DNA of 64,000 nucleotides. Origin: Marsupella aquatica. Its lineage: Eukaryota; Plantae; Marchantiophyta. The position numbers and the translations under genes were made by a program. The DNA lies in contig OZ316892.1 of NCBI GenBank assembly GCA_973895155.1, forward strand, positions 22,607,168-22,671,167. Direction: 5' to 3'. Positions 48,761-59,203 of this stretch are shown here, piece after piece (the stretch's first letter is position 1; every line of letters starts with the position of its first letter). Below the pieces are notes generated by a model, which ran no database searches, was not told where the DNA came from, and worked only from the letters and a program-made list of their open reading frames with translations.

Positions 48761-51388
48761 GGTGGTTTCACTCTAGGAGCACATAGTTTTCACACTATGG
48801 ACTAGGTCATGATCAATACACTTCCAGTGAAAATTCTAGTGTTTATAATTCTAGTGTTAGTTTAAATTCTGATATTCCAGTATAGATGCCATAACCAAAG
48901 CCCCATTGTAGATGTAAAAAAAATGAAAAAAATAGCTTGCACCGATTCATTCGAGCATCTTGTCAACATTCTGGTATATTAATAAAAGGGGTTCAGTTTC
49001 CCCAAAAGGACCAAACTAAATACCCCCGACTATTTAAGGAGATATTATACACGACTCAGATTTCCTCAGAGATGAACGACTCAGATTCCCTCCAAAGAAC
49101 GCGGGAACCCCATTCAGCTCGTGTTCCAACATCAACTCCCACCGTGGTGAGAGTTTTGTCGAGTACGCTTTGTGGGTCGATCGTGGGCCATGCCCGACCT
49201 TCCGGAGCTACGATCAATCCGCTCATTCCGGCACTCTAATCGACCAATTTGCTTGCCAGACCATCCGGAGCTGATCAACTGAAGCTCAAGTCTCGTGAAT
49301 CCGCTCTTTGCGGCGCTCTAATCGATCGACTTATTACCACTGCATCAGCCCTCATCATACTCGTTGATTTGGCTCGGATTTGGCTCTGATCACTCATCAC
49401 TCCCCTTCGTTTGAATCCCGTGAGAATTGCCAGCAATGTGTTCCAGAGGACTGACTCACTTTAGACATTCGACATTCCAGCTGGAATCTGATTGATAGCT
49501 GTAATCTGAAGGATGCCATTGGAGTCTAGTGCGGTAATACCGTAGTCTAGGAGTACAGCAGTTGTGTGAAACTGTGAACGCTCTTCTCTTGTAATGTGAT
49601 TGATAGCTGTAATCCGAGCGATGCTATGCCATTGTTAGCGGAGTGTTGTACGTAGTGGAGGAGCAGTGGTGTGAACGCTTTTCTCCTCCTTCAATGGCTG
49701 TTCGATGCTGACCTAGGCAGCTATGGTCTAGTACGAGTGTCTGTCGTGATCCCTTCCATTGCGGTACTGTCCTGTACTGTAGGAGAAGGTAGGAGGGATT
49801 GGGCCACTACTGTAGGCCACTATTCAATCAATCAATTCACGTTGAGAAGAGCTTGCTTGCTACAGAAAGCCACTCCGTCCTTCCTCGGGTGGCATTTCAT
49901 CAACCTCTCTGTACCTGTCTCTCTCTTGTGTCTTGTGTGTTCATCCGGCTTTTAGGACCCGCTGAGAAGAAATTTCGATCAGTGTGTTAGTTTATTTCCT
50001 TTTTCCTTTCTTCGTTGCATGTGCAGACTTGGCATATCCTGTCCTGCACATCTTTCGATTCTCAAGCAATCAATTTTCTCCCGGTCATCGTCTCTTTTGT
50101 CCGGGCTGAAGTACTAAAAGAGAAAAAAAAGAATTTCACCTTCTGTCGTAATCAGGCGGAGTAGATAAGCATCTCAGTCTTCTTCTCGGCTGTCTCTACT
50201 TGTTTTCATTTCCCGAGGCTATTGCGGCCCCGGGATTTGTAATGCAGTCTTTGCAGATTTGTATTGCGGCCCCGGGATTTGTAATCAGTCTTTGTCTAGA
50301 AAGGGCCTCGTGAGGGGGGTTGTCCTTTTCCATTGAGCAGAGTTACCACACTGATGTGATGGATCGGTCTCCGTCGTGATAGAGTGATTGATGCGACAAG
50401 TTTACCACCGCGTTAATCAATGGAACGCGATGGCGTTGATCTCTAACACTTGCTCTGTCCCTGGGCGAAGGGGCGAGAGATGAAGTGGTGCATTGGAGAG
50501 AGAGGCTGGTTGGGGCTGTTTTGTAGATGAGGTCCGTCGAATGCTGCGTGAGCTTGAGAGAGTCTCGGCGATTTGAATGTACAAGGGGACCATTGTGGAA
50601 TTGAGTTGAATCCCGTCCCAATCGTACCTGCTGTGACCGCTGAGCTGGCTGGCTGGCTGAAAGGTTTAGCTGGATCTCGAGTAAGACGAGGCTTTCACGC
50701 GGGGATGTTCTCGTCTCGCTTTCCTTTTCACCTCTGGAGCATCCTAAGCCTTTATCCCACAGCTGTTGCGCACTTTCTCTGTCGTCCCAGCTTCTGAGAC
50801 CTCTGCTGGCGCGATGGCTTCCCAAAATAACTCCCTCTCTCTCCTTCTCATATTTTCAAGGAGCATTGCCTCAGCAGCTTTAGTGGATAGAGATGTTTCG
50901 ACTGGAAAGGTTTCGTCGAAACATTGAATGCGTAAAAAAAATTCAAGGAGGAGAGAGGAAAGCCTTTGATCTGCAAGGAATATGCCTACATGCTTTCGGC
51001 TTAGGTGCAGGAGGTGGACAGAGATGATAATATTGATTACTAGAGGGGTACCAGAGGAGGAATCTTCCACTGTCTATGTTACTCTTTGAGCTCTTAAAGC
51101 AAAGCATCCAGATCTGATTGATCAACATTCCGATGATATATTACTTCCTAGCATTATGGATTGGATGAAGAGTTGATACTGATAGGTACCCGGCAACAGA
51201 GTGAGACATCTAGCGCATTGAGCTTCCTCTCCCGTGGTGCTCCATTTGGGCCCCCAGACTGAACGATTGATTCCCATACTCCCTCTCCAATGCAATGATC
51301 TAGACTCAAGAATCTACGAGCAGAAATGTGAAGCTTTCAGTGGAAGGAGTGGAGTAGAGGGGAGTCGGTGGATTATGACTTATGGATT

Positions 51389-54300
51389 ATGAAGCGAAGC
51401 GGCAGTCCTTCGGTAGAAATGAGCAGATCGGGGAAAGGTTGGATGCAAATCGATAGCGAGAGGCATCAATGGTTTCGGAGACAGTACAGCCAACGTAGGC
51501 TGACAATCAATTGGGGAAAGTACAACCCCATTAGATTGCAATACTTAAAGGAACGAAAGCCGCAGAAGCTGTGGTTGGAACTGCTAGGGAAATCGTATGT
51601 GGGGCTCATCTACTGGACAGCGCTGGTGGATTTCCTTCGAAATTTGTATTGGTTTCAGCTGAAAGCGGGAGGACTGGCACCCCAGGTGGGCTTTGTGGCC
51701 TACCTGTTCATCCCGTCTTTGGCAGTGGGACGCCCTTTCTTCCGTCAGTTTCTGGACGACCATCCATGGGCGCGAGCTTTGCTGGTTGTGGGGGGAGTTC
51801 TAGGGTTATGGGGGCACTTGCAATCCTCGGCGCTGCGGAGGGTCACATTGTCTGCCTGTGGAGTGGGCCTGCTTGGGATCTATGTTGGAGAGGGAATGTG
51901 GGCTGGAACGACTGCTCGCCGAGAGCGCACAGCTTTTGGCATGGTCGGGGGCATTCTTCTATTACAGGTGCGGCGTGGTATTACATTCAAGTTTTCCGTA
52001 ACTTGTTCGCCTGTCGATTGCAGATTCTCTTTGTGTCTTCTCTTCTCTCACTACTGTATCCTTAATGTGCTTTTGGTTTTGAAAGCTTTTGTACAGTGCT
52101 GGTCCCTTGGCCCATTTGGTCCCCATGGAAACTAAATCAATTTATCTATTCATTCTCTACGGGGAATTGAATGCGACTTACCCTTGTACCTTGCCCCTTT
52201 TGGGAGATTAGTTCACTTTCAAGGCAGTACACTCATTCATTCTCTCTTATACAAATGCAAAGAGAACCTACAATGGGTTGATTTTCCACGATGGTTCCGG
52301 TCTTTACACGAAAGTTTGAATCCTTCAATCGAACAAGCAATGCCTTGTGTGGTATGGAAATGAAAGAAATGTCAGTCGTGTTGTACATGACAATCAAATG
52401 TTAACGCAATCATGCAGGTTCTTCGATGGGCTTACGGAGGTCCCAATCCCTTGGTGGCTAGGTGGTGGGGCATATTGTTTTTGGGCATTGTCCCTGGAGT
52501 TTGCTCTGCACTGTTAGTCTTATGTGAGGACTTAGCTGAGTCAGAGGGGGACCAATTACAAAGTTTTCTAGAGGAAGACGAGGATGTTGAACTGGACCAT
52601 ATAGAATCGTTGTCGAGTGACCAAGGAGATGGGTTTAGATATAAGAAAGTAGAGGTCACGAGTGTGGTAAGCAGGGCTTCGAACGGCCAACAAAACAGGA
52701 ACGGTAGTGGCAACTCAGAGAAGCTAGCAGCAACTTATTGCAGTTCCGTCAACGTCAATCCGTCTGATGAGGTGAATTCTACATCAGGAACTGATAGTAA
52801 CAGGGAAGAACTTGAGCGTGTGGAAGTTAAGTCCAAGTTGCCTCCTCCTGACAAAGTGTTGAATTCAGACGATCCCGGCAAGGAAAAGACTGAGCAAGGG
52901 AGTGGTATATCGGAGGACTGGACTATCGGGGAGATAGTAGACAGCAACACAACAGGGCCAGTCGTAGATGAGCCGTTTCGTGCTTGGACCTGGGGATTCG
53001 GCAGCGAGGCTTTCAAAGAAGTCCAAAGAGAAATTGGCGAAAGGGAAATCGAAAGTTTTGAGGTGATTCCTCAACAAATAAAAGGAGTTTTGGATGGCGC
53101 ACAATCAGTAAGCGGTTCTCCCCGGAAGAAGACACGCCGAGCACAACTGATTGAAGAAAGTCTCCATGGGGCACAAATCGTGAGCTCTCCAAAATCCGGT
53201 GGCTCTCCAAAATACAGTGGCTCTCCAAAATACAGTGGCTCTCCTAAATCCATCGGTTCTCCGATGAAGAATAAACGCTGGGGGGAGGGGGAGGAAGTGC
53301 CATGGTTAATGGACATTAGAGGAGACCAAGACATCAGTGAGAGTGAGCTTGAGCTTTACAGGCACAGCGAATCGAAATGGAACATAGGGAGCTGTACGCG
53401 AACAGCACAAATGGGAATCGGTTCAGGGAGTCTTTTGTTTCTTACTCACTGGGTCTTGACAGCCCCCACTTCCTTACCACGATGGCAAGGATTATCGTCC
53501 CATCTCGGATGGGTTTCTATCTTCTCTTTGATTTTTGGATTGATAGCTGCGACCGAGTATCCAAGAATATTGTGCCTAAGGCGTACACAGGGCATTGTGT
53601 TTTGGGTTTTGGCGGTTGTTGGTGCAAGCCTTTTCATGTGGGGTAACTCCGGGGCAATGCTTGGAGGTGCTCTGCTCGCATTCTCTGCCCCGTCTTTGTG
53701 GATATCCATTGCTCAGTGTAATCTTGAAAAATATCCTGGAGGTGGACTTGCAATCATGGCGCTGGTTTACATCGTATTTGTCGTCTGGAGCACAAGCCTT
53801 GTTGCTTACCAGTTTATTCCTGGGGTCAGCTTTCTACGAGGGACAAGAGGTCTTTTGATGGGTAGTGCAGTGGCAGGGATTGGCTTAGGTGTAGGTAGAG
53901 AACCAGGTACAGCTTCAAAAGAAAGGGCTGCTCACGGAGGCACATGGCGAGGTCTATTCACTTCAGAAATTGATGCTCGAGGGCGTCAGGTCCGTCTCTT
54001 CTCTCTTACTTTCTTTCTATGGATTTGGTTGTATTTACCTGTGTTGAAATATGATCCATTGGTGTTGCTAATAATTAACAGTTGTGTGTTCTTGTATGGT
54101 GTGTTCTCAGGCTGTTGGGGCGTTGATAGCTGTGGTGGGAATAATATCATTGGTTGCTCTGGGAGTTCGCTTCCAGCATCCTTCGACCGGGAATTCATCA
54201 ACGGAGTCACTGAGGGTTTTGAATTTCAATGTCCAGCAAGGTTTCAGCGGAGCAGGGACGCCCAATTACAACACTGTTCTCTCTATGCTCCGCAAGGAAC

Positions 54301-55522
54301 AACCTCATTTTGCTATGTAAGTAGGCTTAGCAACGGCTGCACATTTCCCAGCCAATGATTTGTGAACTGTGGGTAGGGGATCGATCATTCTTACTTGGTC
54401 AAGACTAATGCTGCTGCGAGAAATGGATGCCAGTAGAATGGAATGAGTACACGATATTTGAATCATCATGCTAATGGTCACCTGAGCGCGTCGGTTAACT
54501 GGACATCAGTTAAAAGAATGGCACGTGAAAGTTCCTACTCACCTTCTGTGACCTGCATGTCACAAGCAAGTATAAACGTATTATGATTTCTGGAAGGGAA
54601 TATTTCAATTGAATAACAATAGGATAGTCTGGAAGCAAGTTTTTGAGCTGGATTTCATATTCAGCGTGTGAAACCAATGCATCACAACTGAATATTGGTT
54701 GGATTATATGTTACGTGGCAGGTTGCAAGAGACTGATCTGATGAGTATTGTCGACGGCAACTTAGACGAGGTAAACTGCATTCCTTTCGTTGATATGTGT
54801 AATTGTGGATGCCCAAATGACATGATTCGAAGATATTATCATTTCTGTGTTAGAAACAGACCATCTGGGAATGCATGAATTTTAGGGGCATACAATCTGT
54901 CACCTCAAGTGAAATGTTTTTTGGTAATAGCTACACCTTACTGTACTGACAGAAAATTCCTGTATGACAGATTGATTATTGGTCTACCTGGTTGAGGATG
55001 CATAGCTTGTACTCCCCTTCAACAAAGTCAGACACATGGGGGTGCGCTCTGCTGTCCAATTACCCTTTCATATATTCCGAGTCAGGAGTCTTAAATTCAC
55101 CTAAAGGAGAAAACGCATGCTATCAATATGCTCAAGTAGAGATTGGTGGGAAAGTCGTGCATCTGGTAAATGCACACTTCGGAACCTTGGAAGATGAAAT
55201 CGCTATCCAGGCCCAGCAAATGGGAGAGATAATACGACGTGCCCTCCACCAATCCGGAACAGAAAAAGCATGGCTCCTTTTTGGTGGGGATATAAATGCG
55301 TCCCCGATGTCATGGGGATACAACCAAACTGTTTCATCTGGGTTAGAAGATGCTTATTTCACTCAAAACAGCGAGTGGAAAGACTATTTGGAGAGAGATC
55401 CTGGTGCTGGTTATGTCTTGTCTTCCCCGGCTTTCAATTGTACATCATGGACAGAGCCTCAGTATGACCAGATGAAAACTGCAGATGGATACCCCATTGT
55501 AGCAACCTTCGACTTCATCTGA
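51389..55522 (+). CDS. CWH43: CWH43/PGAP2-interacting-protein-like membrane protein with C-terminal endonuclease/exonuclease/phosphatase (EEP) domain, 5 exons, ~985 aa
   Basis: Exons: 51389-51967, 52418-53989, 54111-54316, 54722-54770, 54971-55522 (2958 nt, in frame). Many hydrophobic TM segments, split by an acidic loop, precede an EEP fold: LRVLNFNVQQG, MLQETD...GNLD, DTWGCALLSNYPF, LNSPKGE, VNAHFG, GGDIN. The TWGCALLS..PF and L.SP.GE blocks match my recollection of fungal/animal Cwh43 (HTWGC.LLSKFPI...LLPSP.GE). The EEP fold is secure; orthology is inferred. Confidence 0.75.
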
Positions 55523-56802
55523 TGGATTAGTGTTGATTAGTATTGTAAGATTCTAGGACATTCTTTTTGCCCCATGTAGGAGGTAATCACCTATACTCGA
55601 TGTAATTTGGCAGACACCATATTATATGGTGTAATTTGTGGCTTGTGTAAACTATTAGCTGAGAACACTTTGACCCAGGCCTCCTGCGCAGCTTTGTTTG
55701 TTTTGGAAAGTCAATCATGCTATCTGAAGGGCATGTCACAGACAAGAATTTGTAAAGCTTCAGAGATTATTTTTGCTGTTAGGAGTTCATAACCTGGGCG
55801 GTTATACAAAAAAAATCTCTAAATTGATCTTTGACAGGATTGATAATCGGTCCAATCTGACTTTAGAGTTTGAAGTAAATGTAGAGGGTGAAACTCAGAA
55901 ATTTGTGATGAGTTAAGCCCCGAAATGAGTAGTGGTAGAAACTACCCTGAGAGCTGTTGACTCAAAAACTCAGGTTGGGTTTGTCGAAGGTTACTTTGGA
56001 CATGCTTTTGGCTGGGAGCATGTGGCAATGAGGACCATCTCTGTGATGTGAGGCATCAGCATGGACTCCACCATAGCCAAGCTCCTCCTTCCCTGTGAGA
56101 GATGTCTTGATCACTCATCGTTCACTCTACATAGAGGGCAACTGTTTACGTAAATTTGTCAAGAACCCATTCATGAAGTGCACATCAAAGCTGCATCTAG
56201 GCCCATTGCTTGCTGTGCATGAAATCTCCATTGCAGCTCTTGAAGTTGAACACAAGAACTCTGGGTGACTTAGGGTAAAGGCACTCTTGTTGTAGGCAAT
56301 TTCAACCCCTATTCAAACAGGCAAATGTTGATCTTGAGTTGGAAGCTTAAGTCACCCTGAACCGACTCACCGATCCTCTACCACTTTATGGAAAACATGG
56401 AAAACTCTAATGTATGATATCACAAACGACTGTGGCCCTTTACCCTCTACGTGTATTTGTCCACCAACATTCAACCCGTATTCAAACAGGCAAATGTTGA
56501 TCTTGAATTGGAAGCTTAACTCACCCCATTGCCAACCTGACCCATGGGTTATGAGATTTCTGGCCCAATGGCTGGCCTGCCTGGAGTGTTACCCAATTCC
56601 AGGCACAATTTTCATGGAAATATAAAGCAATACTACACTTGGGGGTTAGGGTTAGCTCATTCATCCATGGCCACTCGGGGCCAGGGCTTTGACCTCCTCA
56701 GGCTCACCGCCCTTGAGTCAATGTGTTAGAGCACCCCACAGGTCACACTGTTTTCCACTCCCTACCAGACAAGTTAGTGTGAGTGATGGCAGGGTAAGGG
56801 TA

Positions 56803-57226
56803 GTGACTAAGTGGCAAGTGCCACATGTATAGGATAATGACTGTGGCACAGGTTACTAGGATGTGACCTTGTGGCCATAAAGTGAAAAAAAAAACTGACC
56901 CACCGCTTTACTGGGCATTTTTGGAATAGGGTTCAAACTAGAAACCCAGCCCAGACCCTCATTATCTTACTTACAAAGCGTCAACTACAAGGTAGAGTTA
57001 GGGGCTAGGCTTGTGACTACGTGGCAAGTGCCACATGTATAGGATAATGACCTTCTGGCACAAGTTACTAGGATGTGACCTTGTGACCAGAAAGTGAAAA
57101 AAAAATTGACCAACAGGAAGCTTTTCTGGGCATTTTTGAAACAGGATTCAAACTAGAACCCAGCCCAGACTTTCATTTATCTTATTTATAAAGCACCAAC
57201 TACAAGCTAGAGTTGGGGGCTAGGCT
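56803..57226. repeat. Two-copy ~210-bp tandem duplication
   Basis: GTGACTA.GTGGCAAGTGCCACATGTATAGGATAATGAC...GGGGCTAGGCTT at 56803 and 57013. Confidence 0.9.
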
Positions 57227-57328
57227 TCTAAAGTGAAGCCTCTAGACCATAACTCCATGACCCACCATGTGAATGAGAAAACTTAGAAATCATAATAAAA
57301 AGCATACATTTGATCTACATCATAGTCA

Positions 57329-57557
57329 TATTTACATTCAAAAAATGTACTCTATGGCCCCACCATAACATATGTGCTTAGAAAGATAAATGTATATAGA
57401 GAGGAGAATGGTATGCTATGTATGATTATTAAAATGATGACATGCATTATATTTTTTTATCATTTCATTCACATTCAAATATGAAATATACTTTGGTGCC
57501 ATTTTTATTGTACTCTTCACTATTCAAGTTCAAAGAATGGGTAGTCCCGGCTAGTAG
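57329..57557 (-). repeat. Right copy of ~230-bp inverted repeat (putative transposon terminus)
   Basis: Reverse complement reads CTACTAGCC...TGAATAGTGAAGAGTACAATAAAAATGGCACCAAA...TCATCATTTTAATAATCATA...TATGTTATGGTGGGGCCATAGAGTACATTTTTT. Identity to 47235-47470 is roughly 75-80% by eye. Confidence 0.85.
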
Positions 57558-57634
57558 TAAGTAAATATGGTATGGAATAAAGATAACAATCATGACTTGA
57601 GATTGTGTAAATAACTAGATTAGTGCCTGCAAAT

Positions 57635-57880
57635 ATAGTTACACATGGGTAGCCTTTCTTCCTAACCAAATTTACAGTACCCCACCTGACCTAACCACGC
57701 CAAAAAGCCGGACTGAGGTCCACATAAACTAACCTACCCTACACTTTGTCACATAACATAGTTACACATGGGTAGCCTTTCTTCCTAACCAAATTTACAG
57801 TACCTCACCCGACCTAACCACGCCAAAAAGCCGGACTGAGGTCCACATAAACTAACTTACCCTACACTTTGCCACATAAC
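57635..57880. repeat. Two-copy 123-bp tandem duplication
   Basis: ATAGTTACACATGGGTAGCCTTTCTTCCTAACC...CACATAAC at 57635 and 57758. Confidence 0.92.
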
Positions 57881-57984
57881 TTTGGTCACAGCCTGGTTTA
57901 TTTATTTTCGGCGCCAACCAGGATGGCTGTAGGCAGCAACGAAGAAGACGAAAGCTCAAGCACAAAATCGAAACAGCTGAATGC

Positions 57985-58155
57985 CCTTCTCTCTTCACTG
58001 CACTCTCTTACTGTGTGTTTGTGTATAAAGTCTGAGCACATTCATGAATGAATGAAAATGAATGTCCGCCATGAGGAGTCTCTCCTCGCAAGGTGCCCTG
58101 CTACTACGAAAGAGGTGGACGAGGAGCGACGATTTCTCTCTTTTCTGCTCTCTCT

Positions 58156-58189
<34 letters not shown>

Positions 58190-58290
58190 CTAAAATCTGA
58201 GCACAATCATGAATGAATGTCCGCCATGAGGAGTCTCTACGCGCAACGGTGCTCTTCCACTACGAAGGAGGTGGACGAGGAGCGACGATG
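57985..58290. repeat. Duplicated promoter-proximal block with (TG)n expansion, upstream of the RRM gene
   Basis: TCTGAGCACA.TCATGAATGAATG...TCCGCCATGAGGAGTCTCT...GAGGTGGACGAGGAGCGACGAT at 58031 and 58196. A (TG)~15 tract lies at 58158-58187. Confidence 0.85.
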
Positions 58291-59203
58291 GTTTGCCATC
58301 CTTCTCCGCAGGGGCGTGGACCTGAAAATCGTAACACTCTCGGCCGATATCTGAGGCGATATCTGATGGGGCCGCCAATTCACTCCTCCGGTACTCAATT
58401 ATAATGTTTGTTCTCGGGGACTATGCTTCCCGGTACTTTGAGATAGACGGGCAATCCCTGGCGTTGGGTTTGGGATTCTGGTTCGAAATAGGTTGGAAAT
58501 GATTTGGTGGTAGGAGCGCATGAGTGGGGCTGAAGTTATTGGGCATGAGTCGAACGGAAGAGCTTAAATTAAACGGAATTGATGAGTTGTTGTTCGTAAC
58601 GAGGGGCTGGACGGATTGAGTGAGAGTGGAGTGTTTCACATACTCTTCCGTGAAGCTTTTGTGCTGTAGCTGAATGACGTCTAATGAGGAATGTGAGCCA
58701 ACCGGAATCAGCCGCAGCAGGATGATGTGAGAAAACCCTAATCGAAAGTTTCCCTGTTCCAATGTGGTGGAACTGTTGCACGAGTTGGGATTTGCTCTGG
58801 CCCCTCATTTACTTGGGGCTGGACTGGAGTGGGAGGAAAGGGTTGACTGTCGCCAGGGCAATTTGGAATTGAAAGCTCGGAGGAGTATTGACCTTTCTAG
58901 TTTGCATCGACGTTGTGTAGAGGAATATCGTAGCGTCGTCTGCTGAAATCTTCTTCGAGAATTTTCTATCTTCTGCCCTGAACTCATCCCTACGATTTTG
59001 TTCGTTCGCTCCCTTTTAACGTTCCTGCAATTTTCGTGAAGAGAATCATTTCTGTGTTTGGTCCCGAGTACACTAGATCGTCAGGGTTTAGTATTGTGGT
59101 ACTCGTTGTAGGAGCAATATCTTGCGCCTTCCAGTAGATTTGTGCCTGTGGGCATTTTCCATTTTATATTGCACCGCAATTCTTCCTCCTCTGCTTGCCC
59201 GTC

